Below, one piece after another: positions 26,034 through 35,215 of a DNA stretch of 46,177 nucleotides. The position numbers and the translations under genes are program-made. The stretch lies in IMG/VR virus record IMGVR_UViG_3300037419_000912, positions 1-46,177 of that record; one strand, written 5' to 3'. Origin of the DNA: a virus (taxonomy: Duplodnaviria; Caudoviricetes). Each line of letters begins with the position of its first letter. Position 1 is the stretch's first letter. Under the pieces are notes generated by a model that was given only the letters and a program-made list of their open reading frames with translations, was not told where the DNA came from and ran no database searches.

Positions 26034-27692
26034 ATGCAAACGCCACGCCTGCCGGTTCCGTTCGACTTTCGGAACCCCGACTACGCCGCCGTCTTTTCCC
26101 ATCGCCTGGGCGTCCTGCAACGCCTGCGGAAAGGCAACGCCGCCGAGCGGGCCGCGCGCCTGCGCTACCTGTTGGCGTTCTACCGCGAGAACCCGATTCA
26201 ATTTGTCATTGATTGGGGCTGCACGTATGACCCCCGGTTGGCCGCGCAGAAAAAGCCGGCCGTATTACCGTTCATGCTGTTCCCCCGGCAAATCGAATGG
26301 ATGCAATTTGTTTTGTCGTGCCTTGAGGACGGCGAGGACGGTATTACGGAAAAGTCCCGCGACGTGGGCGCGTCGTGGTTGGCTATCTCGTTGTCGTGCG
26401 CCCTCTGCATGTTCCGCGATAACTTCGCGGTCGGGTTCGGCTCGCGGAAAGAGGAATACGTAGACAAGCTCAACGCGCCGAAAAGCCTTTTCTACAAAGC
26501 GCGCATGTTCCTGCGGCTCCTGCCGCCCGAGTTCCGCCGCGAATGGACCGAGGCCAAACACGGCCCGCATATGCGCTTGCTGTTCCCGTGGAACGGGTCA
26601 GTCATTACCGGCGAGGCCGGCGACAACATCGGGCGCGGCGACCGGACCTCGCTGCATTTCGTAGACGAGTCGGCGCACCTTGAGCGGCCCGAGCTGGTCG
26701 AGGCGTCGTTGTCGGCGACCACGAATTGCCGGCAGGATATGTCGAGCGTAAACGGGTCGAACAATCCGTTTGCGGTCAAGGCGAACGGGGGCGTCATACG
26801 GAAATTTACGTTCCACTGGCGCGACGACCCCCGCAAGGATGACGCGTGGTACGCCGTGCAGGTTGCCAAGCTGCCGCCCGTTGTCGTCGCCCAGGAAATA
26901 GACATTTCCTACACGGCCAGCGTTACCGGCGTCGTCATACCGCAAGAGTGGGTCCAAGCCGCCATCGACGCGCATAAGACGCTCGGGTTCATGGCGACGG
27001 GCGAGCGCGTCGGAGCGCAGGACGTGGCCGACGAGGGCGTAGACCTTAACTCGTTTGCGGCGCGCGTCGGCATCCTGTTGGACTACGTCGAGGCATGGAG
27101 CGGCAAGGGCTCCGACATTTTCTCGACGGTCGAGCGGGCCTACGGCATTTGCGACGCCGAGGGTATCCGCCGGTTCCGGTATGACGCCGACGGCCTGGGC
27201 GCGGGGGTGCGGGGCGATGCGCGCGTCCTCAACGACCGGCGCGTACCCCTGGGCCTGCCGGCGCTCGACGCGGAGCCCTGGCGCGGCTCGGGCGCGGTCG
27301 TCAACCCCGATGACCCCATCCCCACGGCCATTGCGGACCCGAGCGACAAGGACGAGCGGACCAACGGGGACTTTTTCGCCAACGCCAAGGCGCAAGGCTG
27401 GTGGGAACTGCGCGTTCGGTTCCAACGCACGGCCCGCGCGGTCGCCATGGCGGCGGCCGGCGAGGATTGGCGTAAGGTGTATGACGCCGACGACCTCATT
27501 TCAATTAGCCGCACGCTGCCGCGTCTTTCGGAGCTTTGCTTGCAGTTGTCGCAGCCGACGTACACGCCCAACGGCGCGGGAAAAATCGTCATCGACAAAC
27601 AGCCCCAGGGCGCCAAGTCGCCAAACGATGCCGACGCGGCTATGATTCTTTACGCGCCGGCCGAGCGTAAGCCGCGCAGTTTCTTTGACTGA
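26034..27692 (+). CDS. terL: Terminase large subunit
   Basis: EKSRDVGASW Walker A region, FVDESA Walker B, DVADEG.D and SPNDADA nuclease motifs. Confidence 0.93.
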   Translation: MQTPRLPVPFDFRNPDYAAVFSHRLGVLQRLRKGNAAERAARLRYLLAFYRENPIQFVIDWGCTYDPRLAAQKKPAVLPFMLFPRQIEWMQFVLSCLEDGEDGITEKSRDVGASWLAISLSCALCMFRDNFAVGFGSRKEEYVDKLNAPKSLFYKARMFLRLLPPEFRREWTEAKHGPHMRLLFPWNGSVITGEAGDNIGRGDRTSLHFVDESAHLERPELVEASLSATTNCRQDMSSVNGSNNPFAVKANGGVIRKFTFHWRDDPRKDDAWYAVQVAKLPPVVVAQEIDISYTASVTGVVIPQEWVQAAIDAHKTLGFMATGERVGAQDVADEGVDLNSFAARVGILLDYVEAWSGKGSDIFSTVERAYGICDAEGIRRFRYDADGLGAGVRGDARVLNDRRVPLGLPALDAEPWRGSGAVVNPDDPIPTAIADPSDKDERTNGDFFANAKAQGWWELRVRFQRTARAVAMAAAGEDWRKVYDADDLISISRTLPRLSELCLQLSQPTYTPNGAGKIVIDKQPQGAKSPNDADAAMILYAPAERKPRSFFD

Positions 27693-27706
27693 TTGAGGGG
27701 TTTACG

Positions 27707-29560
27707 ATGTTCAAATGGCTTGGCCGACTGTTCGGCAACAATTCCGCCCAGGTCGTGGACGTGACCCCGCGCGTCACCGACCGCCCGGCGTCGTTCTTTA
27801 CCTCCGACCTTGAGGACACCAAGACGGCCGACCGTATGGCGCTGGTCGAGGTCGTCAAGGCGCGGTCGCTGTCGGTCACGCCGGAAAAGTTCAAGGTTTA
27901 CGACCTCGCGGGCGTCGCCATGGACTCGGCAAGCGGCGACCTCGCCACGAGCGCGAAAGCGGCGTTCGCCATGAGCGGCGCCAACATTCCCGACGCGCAA
28001 CTACTGTGGTACGCGTCGCAAGGCTTCATTGGCTTTCAGCTCTGCGCCATCCTCGCGCAACAATGGCTCATCGACAAAGCCTGCACCATCCCCGCCCGCG
28101 ACGCCATCCGCAACGGCTACCGTATTTCGGTCAACGACGGCACGGAGGTAAGCCCCGACGTTCTCGCCAAGCTGGAGGCGGCCGACAAGCGATACGGCCT
28201 CAAGCGGCAATGCGTCGAGCTGGTCCGCCATCAGCGGATTTTCGGCATTCGTATTGCGCTGTTCAAAGTGGACAGCCCCGACCCCAAGTATTACGAAAAC
28301 CCGTTCAACCCCGACGGCGTCACGCCCGGCAGCTACCGGGGCATCGTGCAGGTTGACCCCTATTGGTGTATGCCCGAGCTGTCGATGATCGGCGCGAGCG
28401 ACCCGGCCTCGGCCGACTTCTACGAACCGACCTACTGGCTCATCCGTGGCCGGCGGTATCACAAATCGCACCTTGTCATTGTGCGAGGCCCCGAGGTTCC
28501 CGACCTCTTGAAACCGTCATACCAATTCGCCGGCATCAGCTTGCCGCAGCGAATCTACGAACGCGTCTACGCCGCCGAGCGCACGGCCAACGAGGGGCCG
28601 CAACTGGCCCTCACGAAACGCGCAATGGTGTTCTACACGAACACGGAAAAGGCGTTGGCGAACCAACAGCAATTTGCCGACCGCCTCAACACCTGGGCGT
28701 CATACCGCGATAACTACGGCGTCAAGGTCGCGGACAAAGAGGGCGACAAGGTCGAGCAACACGACACGGCGTTGGGCGACTTTGACCAAACGGTCATGAC
28801 GCAATACCAACTCGTCGCGGCCATCGCCAACGTGCCGGCAACCAAGCTCCTGGGCACGACGCCAAAGGGGTTCAACAGCTCGGGCGACTATGAGGCCGAC
28901 GCGTACCACGAGGAACTAGAGAGCATCCAAACCTCGGATATGGAGCCGCTGATTAACCGGCATCATATGCTCGTCATACGGTCGGAGATTGCGCCCGCTG
29001 CCGGCGTGCGGCCGTTCTCCGTGGCCGTGGATTGGAACCCGACCGACAGCCCCGGCGCCAAGGAAGAGGCCGAGATTCGCAAGCTCGACGCCGAGCGCGA
29101 TAAAGCCTTGGTCGAGGCCGGCGCCATCGACGGGCAGGACGTGCGCGCCCGCCTCATCGCGGACCCGAAAAGCGGGTATGACGGCCTTTCCGCCGCGATG
29201 CCTGCCGACGCCGAGGCGCACTTGCCGGGAGCCCCGGCGACAACCGCGCTCGACGCGGCCGATTGGGACTGCGTAAACGGCGTCTACGCCGAGGCCGCGC
29301 TAATCACGAATCAGAGCTACCTCAACCCCGACATTGTCGCGGCCAAAATCGCGGCGCAGGACTTTACCGTCCAACTGTCGCCCGAGTTCGTCACGCCGGC
29401 CGGCAAGCGTTACCGCGTGGTCATCGACGGGCACCACAGCTTGGCCGCCGCCGTGCAGTCGGGTAACGTGCCGGTCTTTGTCGAGGCCAACTACGCCGGC
29501 AGCGACTACGCGAACGCAGTAACCAAGCTGCCGGCATTCGGCGCGGAAATGGACGTATGA
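27707..29560 (+). CDS. Portal protein (DUF1073 type) with C-terminal ParB/Srx-like extension
   Basis: Follows terL; IDKACTIPARDAIRNG, IRGRRYHKSHL, PATKLLG.TP.GFNS.G; extension contains RVVIDGHHSLAAA. Confidence 0.85.
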   Translation: MFKWLGRLFGNNSAQVVDVTPRVTDRPASFFTSDLEDTKTADRMALVEVVKARSLSVTPEKFKVYDLAGVAMDSASGDLATSAKAAFAMSGANIPDAQLLWYASQGFIGFQLCAILAQQWLIDKACTIPARDAIRNGYRISVNDGTEVSPDVLAKLEAADKRYGLKRQCVELVRHQRIFGIRIALFKVDSPDPKYYENPFNPDGVTPGSYRGIVQVDPYWCMPELSMIGASDPASADFYEPTYWLIRGRRYHKSHLVIVRGPEVPDLLKPSYQFAGISLPQRIYERVYAAERTANEGPQLALTKRAMVFYTNTEKALANQQQFADRLNTWASYRDNYGVKVADKEGDKVEQHDTALGDFDQTVMTQYQLVAAIANVPATKLLGTTPKGFNSSGDYEADAYHEELESIQTSDMEPLINRHHMLVIRSEIAPAAGVRPFSVAVDWNPTDSPGAKEEAEIRKLDAERDKALVEAGAIDGQDVRARLIADPKSGYDGLSAAMPADAEAHLPGAPATTALDAADWDCVNGVYAEAALITNQSYLNPDIVAAKIAAQDFTVQLSPEFVTPAGKRYRVVIDGHHSLAAAVQSGNVPVFVEANYAGSDYANAVTKLPAFGAEMDV

Positions 29561-29664
29561 CGCTCGCCCTCCTGTCCTCCCTGTCCCTGCGGGGCGTCGT
29601 GTGGTTCGTCGCGACGGGCGCCTGTGCGGCCCTGTGGCGCGTCCTCCTGGGCGCCGTCCTGTGA
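29557..29664 (+). CDS. Small hydrophobic peptide (35 aa)
   Basis: ATGA overlap with the portal stop; MTLALLSSLSLRGVVWFVATGACAALWRVLLGAVL. Confidence 0.4.
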   Translation: MTLALLSSLSLRGVVWFVATGACAALWRVLLGAVL

Positions 29665-29780
29665 ACCCCGCACTCGTCATTGGCTGGACCCTGGCGAGCT
29701 GGCAAATCGCCGCCTCGCTCGGGGCCGTGTGGCTCCTGGCCCTCACCCCTGTTGAACTATGCCCGCCCGCAAGCAAGTAA
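29661..29780 (+). CDS. Small hydrophobic peptide (39 aa)
   Basis: GTGA overlap; NPALVIGWTLASWQIAASLGAVWLLALTP. Confidence 0.35.
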   Translation: MNPALVIGWTLASWQIAASLGAVWLLALTPVELCPPASK

Positions 29781-30664
29781 AGCTCACCGCCGCCCGCCAC
29801 GGGTGGGCCGCCGGCCGCGCCCAGGCGCCGACGTTCAGGGGCGACCCCCTGCGGAATAACGCGGGCGTCGAGTCGCGCTATGTCGTCGGCCTGCAAGCCC
29901 TGTGCGCGCAAATGACGGCCCAGGTCAAGCGCGAAGTATTACGGCTGTTCCAGACGGAGGCGGCCGGCGCGCACTTCGCACAGGATGCGGCCAACATCGG
30001 GAGCCAAGCGCGCATCCTCGTTAACTCGCTGGACAAGCGGTTTAACGCGCTGTTCGCCAAGCGCGCCCCGCAGCTCGCCGGGCAAATGGTCGAGGGCGCG
30101 GCGGCGGCCAGTAAGACGGCGTTGCATGGGTCGCTCAAGAAAATGACGGGCGGGCTCAGCCTGAAAACTTCGCTCATGACGCCGCACCTCACGGCCGTTT
30201 ACAAAGCCCAGGTGGCGGCGAACGTGGGCCTCATCAAAACCATTGCGTCGGAATACCTCAAGAAAGTTGAGGGCGCCGTAATGCGGTCGATTACCACGGG
30301 GCGCGGGCTGCAAGACCTCGTGCCGGCCCTGGAGGAATACGAGGGCTACACGCACCGCAAGGCAAAGAACGTCGCCCTCGACCAAACCCGCAAAACGTAT
30401 AACGCAATCAATCGCGGCCGTATGACCGCAATTGGCGTTAAACGGTTCCAATGGATACACTCGGGCGGCGGGGCGGAACCGCGCGAATTGCATGTAGCTA
30501 TGGACGGGCAAATTTTTTCGTTCGATAATCCGCCCGTGATTGACGAAAAGACCGGCGAGCGTGGTATTCCTGGGCAGGCCATCAATTGCCGGTGTACCAT
30601 GGCGCCAGTTTTCGACTTTTCAGACACGGACAACGAGCGGGCGGTAAACGCCAACGACGAGTAA
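29759..30664 (+). CDS. MuF / SPP1 gp7-like minor head protein
   Basis: ALDQTRK, FQWIHSG, R..H...DG, PGQAINCRC. Confidence 0.9.
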   Translation: MPARKQVKLTAARHGWAAGRAQAPTFRGDPLRNNAGVESRYVVGLQALCAQMTAQVKREVLRLFQTEAAGAHFAQDAANIGSQARILVNSLDKRFNALFAKRAPQLAGQMVEGAAAASKTALHGSLKKMTGGLSLKTSLMTPHLTAVYKAQVAANVGLIKTIASEYLKKVEGAVMRSITTGRGLQDLVPALEEYEGYTHRKAKNVALDQTRKTYNAINRGRMTAIGVKRFQWIHSGGGAEPRELHVAMDGQIFSFDNPPVIDEKTGERGIPGQAINCRCTMAPVFDFSDTDNERAVNANDE

Positions 30665-30671
30665 ACGCCAA

Positions 30672-31826
30672 ATGCCGACGCAACGTATTACGGATTCGAA
30701 CGGCTGGTTCGAAGTCAAGCGCAACCCGCTGTCGCGGGTCGGCGTCTTTCCGTACCGTGGCGCGTCCGTGGGCCTGGAGGGCGCCGACGCCGACAAGGTC
30801 GTCCGCGTTTACCGGCCGGAAGAGGAATTGTCGGCGCCCGAGTGCTTGGAGTCGTTCAAGCTGTTGCCCTGGGTTGACGAGCATACGTTGCTCGGCCCCG
30901 ACGAGGGGCAGACGCCCGCCGAGGCAAAAGGCGTGCATGGCGTCATCGGCGAGGACGTGTTTTACGACTCGGGCGTTCTCTACGGTAATATCAAAGCGTT
31001 TTCGAACTCGCTAGGGCGGCTCATTGAGGCTGGGAAAAAACAGCTTTCGGCGGGCTACCGTTGCGTTTACGATTGGACGGCGGGCACTTTCAACGGGCAA
31101 CCGTATGACTGCGTCCAACGCCAAATCCGAGGCAATCACCTTGCCTTGGTTACAGAGGGTCGCATGGGGCCATCCGTGGCCGTAATGGACTCGTTAACTT
31201 TCACGTTCGACGCACAGGAGGCCATTCCTATGGACCCGGAAAAGAAAGACGGCGAAGGGGAAATGACCCTGAGCCAAATCGCCGCACTCGTCAAGAGCTT
31301 CGGCCCGCAAATCGCCGCCATCAACGAGGCGATTGCCACGCTCGGCAAGCCCGCCGCGACCCCGGCTGCGACCCCCGACGCGACCGACCCGAACGCCCAG
31401 CCGGCCGCTCCCGCTGCCGCCGCGCAGGACAAGGCCGTCGCCGCCGCCATGGACGCCGCCCTCAAGCCGCTGCGTGAAACCGTGGACGGCCTCGCCAAGA
31501 CCGTGGCGACCATGGACGCCGCCCTCAAGGGCCTGCCCTCGGCCATCGTCACCGACACGAGCGCCCGCGACAAGCTGGCCTCGCGCCTGGGCGCCGTCGT
31601 CGGCACGTTCGACGCCAGCGACAAGACGCTGTCCCAGGTCGCCGCCTACGGCTGCGAAAAGCTGGGCCTCAAGCCCGCAGCCGGCGCCGAGCTGGTCGCG
31701 GTCGAGTCGTACCTGATCGCCGCCGAAAAGGCCCCCGCCGCCGTCGTGCGTACCGGCATGGATGCCGCGCCGTCGAACGGCGACAACTTCGTCACCCGGC
31801 ACCTGTCGGGCGCCGCCACCAAGTAA
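30672..31826 (+). CDS. Prohead protease/scaffold (DUF2213 type)
   Basis: SRVGVFPY, VYRPEEEL, LSAGY, QRQIRGNHLALV..GR.G. Confidence 0.88.
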   Translation: MPTQRITDSNGWFEVKRNPLSRVGVFPYRGASVGLEGADADKVVRVYRPEEELSAPECLESFKLLPWVDEHTLLGPDEGQTPAEAKGVHGVIGEDVFYDSGVLYGNIKAFSNSLGRLIEAGKKQLSAGYRCVYDWTAGTFNGQPYDCVQRQIRGNHLALVTEGRMGPSVAVMDSLTFTFDAQEAIPMDPEKKDGEGEMTLSQIAALVKSFGPQIAAINEAIATLGKPAATPAATPDATDPNAQPAAPAAAAQDKAVAAAMDAALKPLRETVDGLAKTVATMDAALKGLPSAIVTDTSARDKLASRLGAVVGTFDASDKTLSQVAAYGCEKLGLKPAAGAELVAVESYLIAAEKAPAAVVRTGMDAAPSNGDNFVTRHLSGAATK

Positions 31827-31842
31827 CCCAGGAGCAACGAAC

Positions 31843-32607
31843 ATGCACCGTTCTCGTTTCGCCTCGTTCGCCATCGCCGCCGCCCTGTGCGCGGTCGCTG
31901 GCCTCGCCGCCGGCCCCGTCGGCGTCCTCGCGGTCGCGCCCCTGGTCGGCGTGGCCCTCATGCTGTCGGCCGTGTCCGCCTCCCGCGAGGACGCGCACCG
32001 TCGCACGCGCAAGCTGCCGCACTGGCTGGCCGTCGCCCTGTTCCGGGTCGAGGGCTTCGCCATGAGCGTCCGCAACAAGCTGGGCGCCGCCCTCATGGCG
32101 GGCATGTTCCGCTCGGGTATGGCCCTGGCCGCGTTCCCGTCGTCGGTGACGACTGACCTTGCGTTCGGCATCGTCGGAGAACTCGCGTTCGACGGCCCGT
32201 ACCGCGCGCTGTCGGCTCGCATCAGCCATGGCACGGCGGCGGACATTGTCGTCGGTCGCTGGTTCACCCAGGCCGCCGACGGCACCGTCCGACCGGGCGG
32301 CGATGGCGCCGTGGCCGGCGTGTTCATGAACCCCAAGGGGCAGGCCCTGGCCGCGTCCGCAGGCAACGCCCTGGCGCCGTCCATGACCGTGGCGACCGGC
32401 ACCGTCGGCGAGTTCTGCTACATGGGAACCATCGTCGTGGCCGTCGGCGCCGCAGTCGCCATCGGCAACGCCGCGAAGTACGACACGACCACGGGCGTTA
32501 TCGGCGTCGGGGCTCCCGGTGCCGGTGAGGCCGCCATTCCGAACGCGCGTTTCGTCCGCTACGCGAACGCCGCCGCCGGCCTCGCCGTGCTGGAACTGAC
32601 CAACTAA
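31843..32607 (+). CDS. Head decoration/cement protein with a hydrophobic N-terminal extension
   Basis: CAGGAG RBS; lies between scaffold and capsid genes; core region FPSSV...GIVGELAFDGP. Confidence 0.7.
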   Translation: MHRSRFASFAIAAALCAVAGLAAGPVGVLAVAPLVGVALMLSAVSASREDAHRRTRKLPHWLAVALFRVEGFAMSVRNKLGAALMAGMFRSGMALAAFPSSVTTDLAFGIVGELAFDGPYRALSARISHGTAADIVVGRWFTQAADGTVRPGGDGAVAGVFMNPKGQALAASAGNALAPSMTVATGTVGEFCYMGTIVVAVGAAVAIGNAAKYDTTTGVIGVGAPGAGEAAIPNARFVRYANAAAGLAVLELTN

Positions 32608-32625
32608 CCCGCAGGAGCAACGACC

Positions 32626-33729
32626 GTGAAACTCTCTCAAGTGCATTCCGTCATCCCGGCCGCTCGCTGCGTGCCGGTCGCGATGACCGCCGAGGACGCA
32701 AAGGACTTCGGCGCCCTGGCCTCCCTGGGCATCCACCTGTCGCCGCTCAACGTGCAGCGCATGGCCGCCGGCATCGGCATGGACGACACGCAGGGCCTGC
32801 AAACGACCGTGTCGATTCCGGCCGCCGTGCAGTTCCTGCAAACGTGGCTCCCCGGCTTCGTCCGCACGATGACCGCCGCCCGCAAAATTGATGACCTCAT
32901 CGGCTTGCAGGTCGTCGGCGCGTGGGAGGACGAGGAAATCGTGCAGGGCGTCATGGAGCCGACCGCGTCGAGCGTGCTGTACTCCGACGGCGGCGCCGTG
33001 CCCCTGGCCGGCTGGAACGTCAACTACGAACGCCGGACGGTCCTGCGGTTCGAACAAGGGATGCAAGTCGGCGTGCTGGAAGAGGCACGCGCGGCGCGCA
33101 TGAAAGCCAACACGGCCGCCGAAAAGCGCGCCGCTGCCGGCCTGTCCCTCGACATCAACCGCAACCGCGTGGGCTTCTACGGGTACAACGGCGGGGCGAA
33201 CCGGACCTACGGTTTCCTCAACGACCCGTCGTTGCCCGCGTACAGCAACGCCCCCAACGGCGCCGCCGGCACCCCGACCTGGGCCACGAAAACCTACCTC
33301 GAAATCATCGCCGACATTCGTTCGATGGCCCAGGCCATCCGCACGAACACGGGCGACCAGTTCGACCCGGAAAAGGACGCGTGGACCCTGGCGCTCGCAA
33401 CGGCCGTGGTCGAGTACATGGGCGTCACGTCCGTTTACGGCAAGTCGGTTCGCGAGTGGCTCAAGGAAACCTACCCGGCCTGCACGGTCAAGAGCGCGCC
33501 CGAGCTGAACGCGGCCAACGGCGGCGCGAACGTGGCCTACGCCTACCCCGAGCGCATGGAGGACGGCGCGAGCGACGACAGCCGCGTGTGGGCGCAGCTC
33601 GTGCCGTCGAAGTTCCAGACCATCGGCGTCGCCAAGGATGCGAAAGGCTACGTCGAGGACTATTCCAACGCCCTGGCCGGCGTCATGTGCAAGCGCCCCT
33701 ACGCCGTCCGCCGGCTGTCGGGCATCTGA
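32626..33729 (+). CDS. Major capsid protein (DUF2184 type)
   Basis: CAGGAG RBS; NRVGFYG...YGFLNDPSLP; AGV.CKRPYAV C-terminus. Confidence 0.9.
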   Translation: MKLSQVHSVIPAARCVPVAMTAEDAKDFGALASLGIHLSPLNVQRMAAGIGMDDTQGLQTTVSIPAAVQFLQTWLPGFVRTMTAARKIDDLIGLQVVGAWEDEEIVQGVMEPTASSVLYSDGGAVPLAGWNVNYERRTVLRFEQGMQVGVLEEARAARMKANTAAEKRAAAGLSLDINRNRVGFYGYNGGANRTYGFLNDPSLPAYSNAPNGAAGTPTWATKTYLEIIADIRSMAQAIRTNTGDQFDPEKDAWTLALATAVVEYMGVTSVYGKSVREWLKETYPACTVKSAPELNAANGGANVAYAYPERMEDGASDDSRVWAQLVPSKFQTIGVAKDAKGYVEDYSNALAGVMCKRPYAVRRLSGI

Positions 33730-33738
33730 GGCAGTACC

Positions 33739-33767
33739 GGGGCCGCCGTAATACGCGGCCCCTTTTT
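33739..33767 (+). terminator. Intrinsic terminator after the capsid gene
   Basis: ggggccgc-cgtaatac-gcggcccc-ttttt. Confidence 0.8.
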
Positions 33768-33793
33768 CCCAACCAACCCAAGGAACCATCGCA

Positions 33794-34201
33794 ATGGCAA
33801 AGCTGCTGTGCGTTTTCTCGACCCTCGCCGCGTCGGTCGAATACACCGACTGGAAAGACAGCCCGAACGGCGTTCCGGTCCCCGGCGAGCGCGTCACCAT
33901 CAAGGGCGGCGCGGGCGTCGCGAACGAGCATTTCATGACCCCTCGCGGCGTGCCGACGATGGTTACGGAGGCGCAAGCCGAAATGCTCAAGCGGAACACG
34001 CTGTTCAAGCTGCACGAGCAAAACGGCTACGTCGCCATCGACACCGTCGAGCGCCCGCCGGGTGAGGTCGAGGTCGAGAACGCCGCCGCCGCGCTCAACG
34101 GCCGCGACACGTCGGCGCCCCTCGTGGACGCGGACTTTTCCGGCCGCGAGGGCGACAAGGCTCCGACCACGGGCGCGGCCCCCAAGGCCAAGCGCAAGTA
34201 A
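33794..34201 (+). CDS. Virion-region hypothetical protein
   Basis: AAGGA RBS; VTIKGGAGVAN...TPRGV.T.V. Confidence 0.75.
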   Translation: MAKLLCVFSTLAASVEYTDWKDSPNGVPVPGERVTIKGGAGVANEHFMTPRGVPTMVTEAQAEMLKRNTLFKLHEQNGYVAIDTVERPPGEVEVENAAAALNGRDTSAPLVDADFSGREGDKAPTTGAAPKAKRK

Positions 34202-34224
34202 GCCGGGCCACCGCCCATGCACGC

Positions 34225-34260
34225 AACGCCGGGGGCCAAAAGTCCCCGGCGTTTTCTTTT
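34225..34260 (+). terminator. Intrinsic terminator
   Basis: aacgccgggg...ccccggcgtt followed by ttctttt. Confidence 0.75.
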
Positions 34261-34277
34261 GAAAAGGTAATACGACC

Positions 34278-34733
34278 ATGGCTGCAATCGTTACCCTCGA
34301 CCTCGCGACGTTCCGCGCGCTGTTCCCCGAGTTCGCCGACCCGGCCGCGTACCCCGACCTCGCGTTGCAGACGCGTTGGGACAACGAGGCAACGGCCTAC
34401 GTGTCGGACGCCAACGTCGGCGACCTGACGGACAGCAAGCGGGCCTACGCCGTGCAACTCATGCTCGCGCACCTGTGCCGGCTGTCCAAGCTCGCATCGG
34501 CCCCCAGCGCGGGCGGCGCGGCCCTTACCGGCGTCGTCGTGGGGGCGACCATCGACAAGGTCGCCGTTACCCTCATGCCGCCCCCTGCGCGCGACGCCTG
34601 GGGCCACTGGCTGGCGCAGACGCCCTACGGGCAACAACTATCCGCCTACCTGTCCGCCCAGGCCGTGGGAGGCTTCTACGTCGGCGGCAACCCCGAGCGC
34701 GCGGCGTTCCGCAAGGTCGGCGGGGTGTTCTAG
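34278..34733 (+). CDS. Head-tail connector (DUF4054 type)
   Basis: FRALFPEF, LMLAH, WLAQTPYGQQ. Confidence 0.85.
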   Translation: MAAIVTLDLATFRALFPEFADPAAYPDLALQTRWDNEATAYVSDANVGDLTDSKRAYAVQLMLAHLCRLSKLASAPSAGGAALTGVVVGATIDKVAVTLMPPPARDAWGHWLAQTPYGQQLSAYLSAQAVGGFYVGGNPERAAFRKVGGVF

Positions 34734-35215
34734 TGGCCCAGGTCCGCCGACAGCCTGGGGGCGCCGGCATGGCGCTGCGAAAGGCCGTGTCCGCGTTGAA
34801 CGATGCGACCGGCCGCGTCGGCTGGTTTGAATCGGCGCGCTATGAGGACGGCACGAGCGTTGCGCTTGTCGCCGTCGTGCAGGAGTACGGTTCGACCAAG
34901 CGAAAGATTCCGCCGCGCCCGTTCATGCGGACCACGCAGCAAGAGAACGCGCAGCAATGGAAAGAGGACGCGCGGCAGCTCGCGTCGGCCGTGGCCGCCG
35001 GGCATATGCCGCCCGATGCGCTCATGGAGGGCCTGACGCAGAAAGCCGAGGGCGCGATTCGTCAGACCATCAGCAAGGTATTGTCCCCGCCCCTGTCTGA
35101 GCGGACAATCGCTGCACGCGCCCGCCGTCATTCGAAAGGCAAGGCATCCGCTAAACCGCTGGTCGATACCGGCTACCTTTTGAATACGTTAACGTCACAG
35201 GTGAAAAAGAAATGA
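34733..35215 (+). CDS. Neck / tail-completion protein
   Basis: VGWFE...YEDG...EYG...IPPRPFMR...KPLVDTGYL. Confidence 0.8.
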   Translation: MAQVRRQPGGAGMALRKAVSALNDATGRVGWFESARYEDGTSVALVAVVQEYGSTKRKIPPRPFMRTTQQENAQQWKEDARQLASAVAAGHMPPDALMEGLTQKAEGAIRQTISKVLSPPLSERTIAARARRHSKGKASAKPLVDTGYLLNTLTSQVKKK

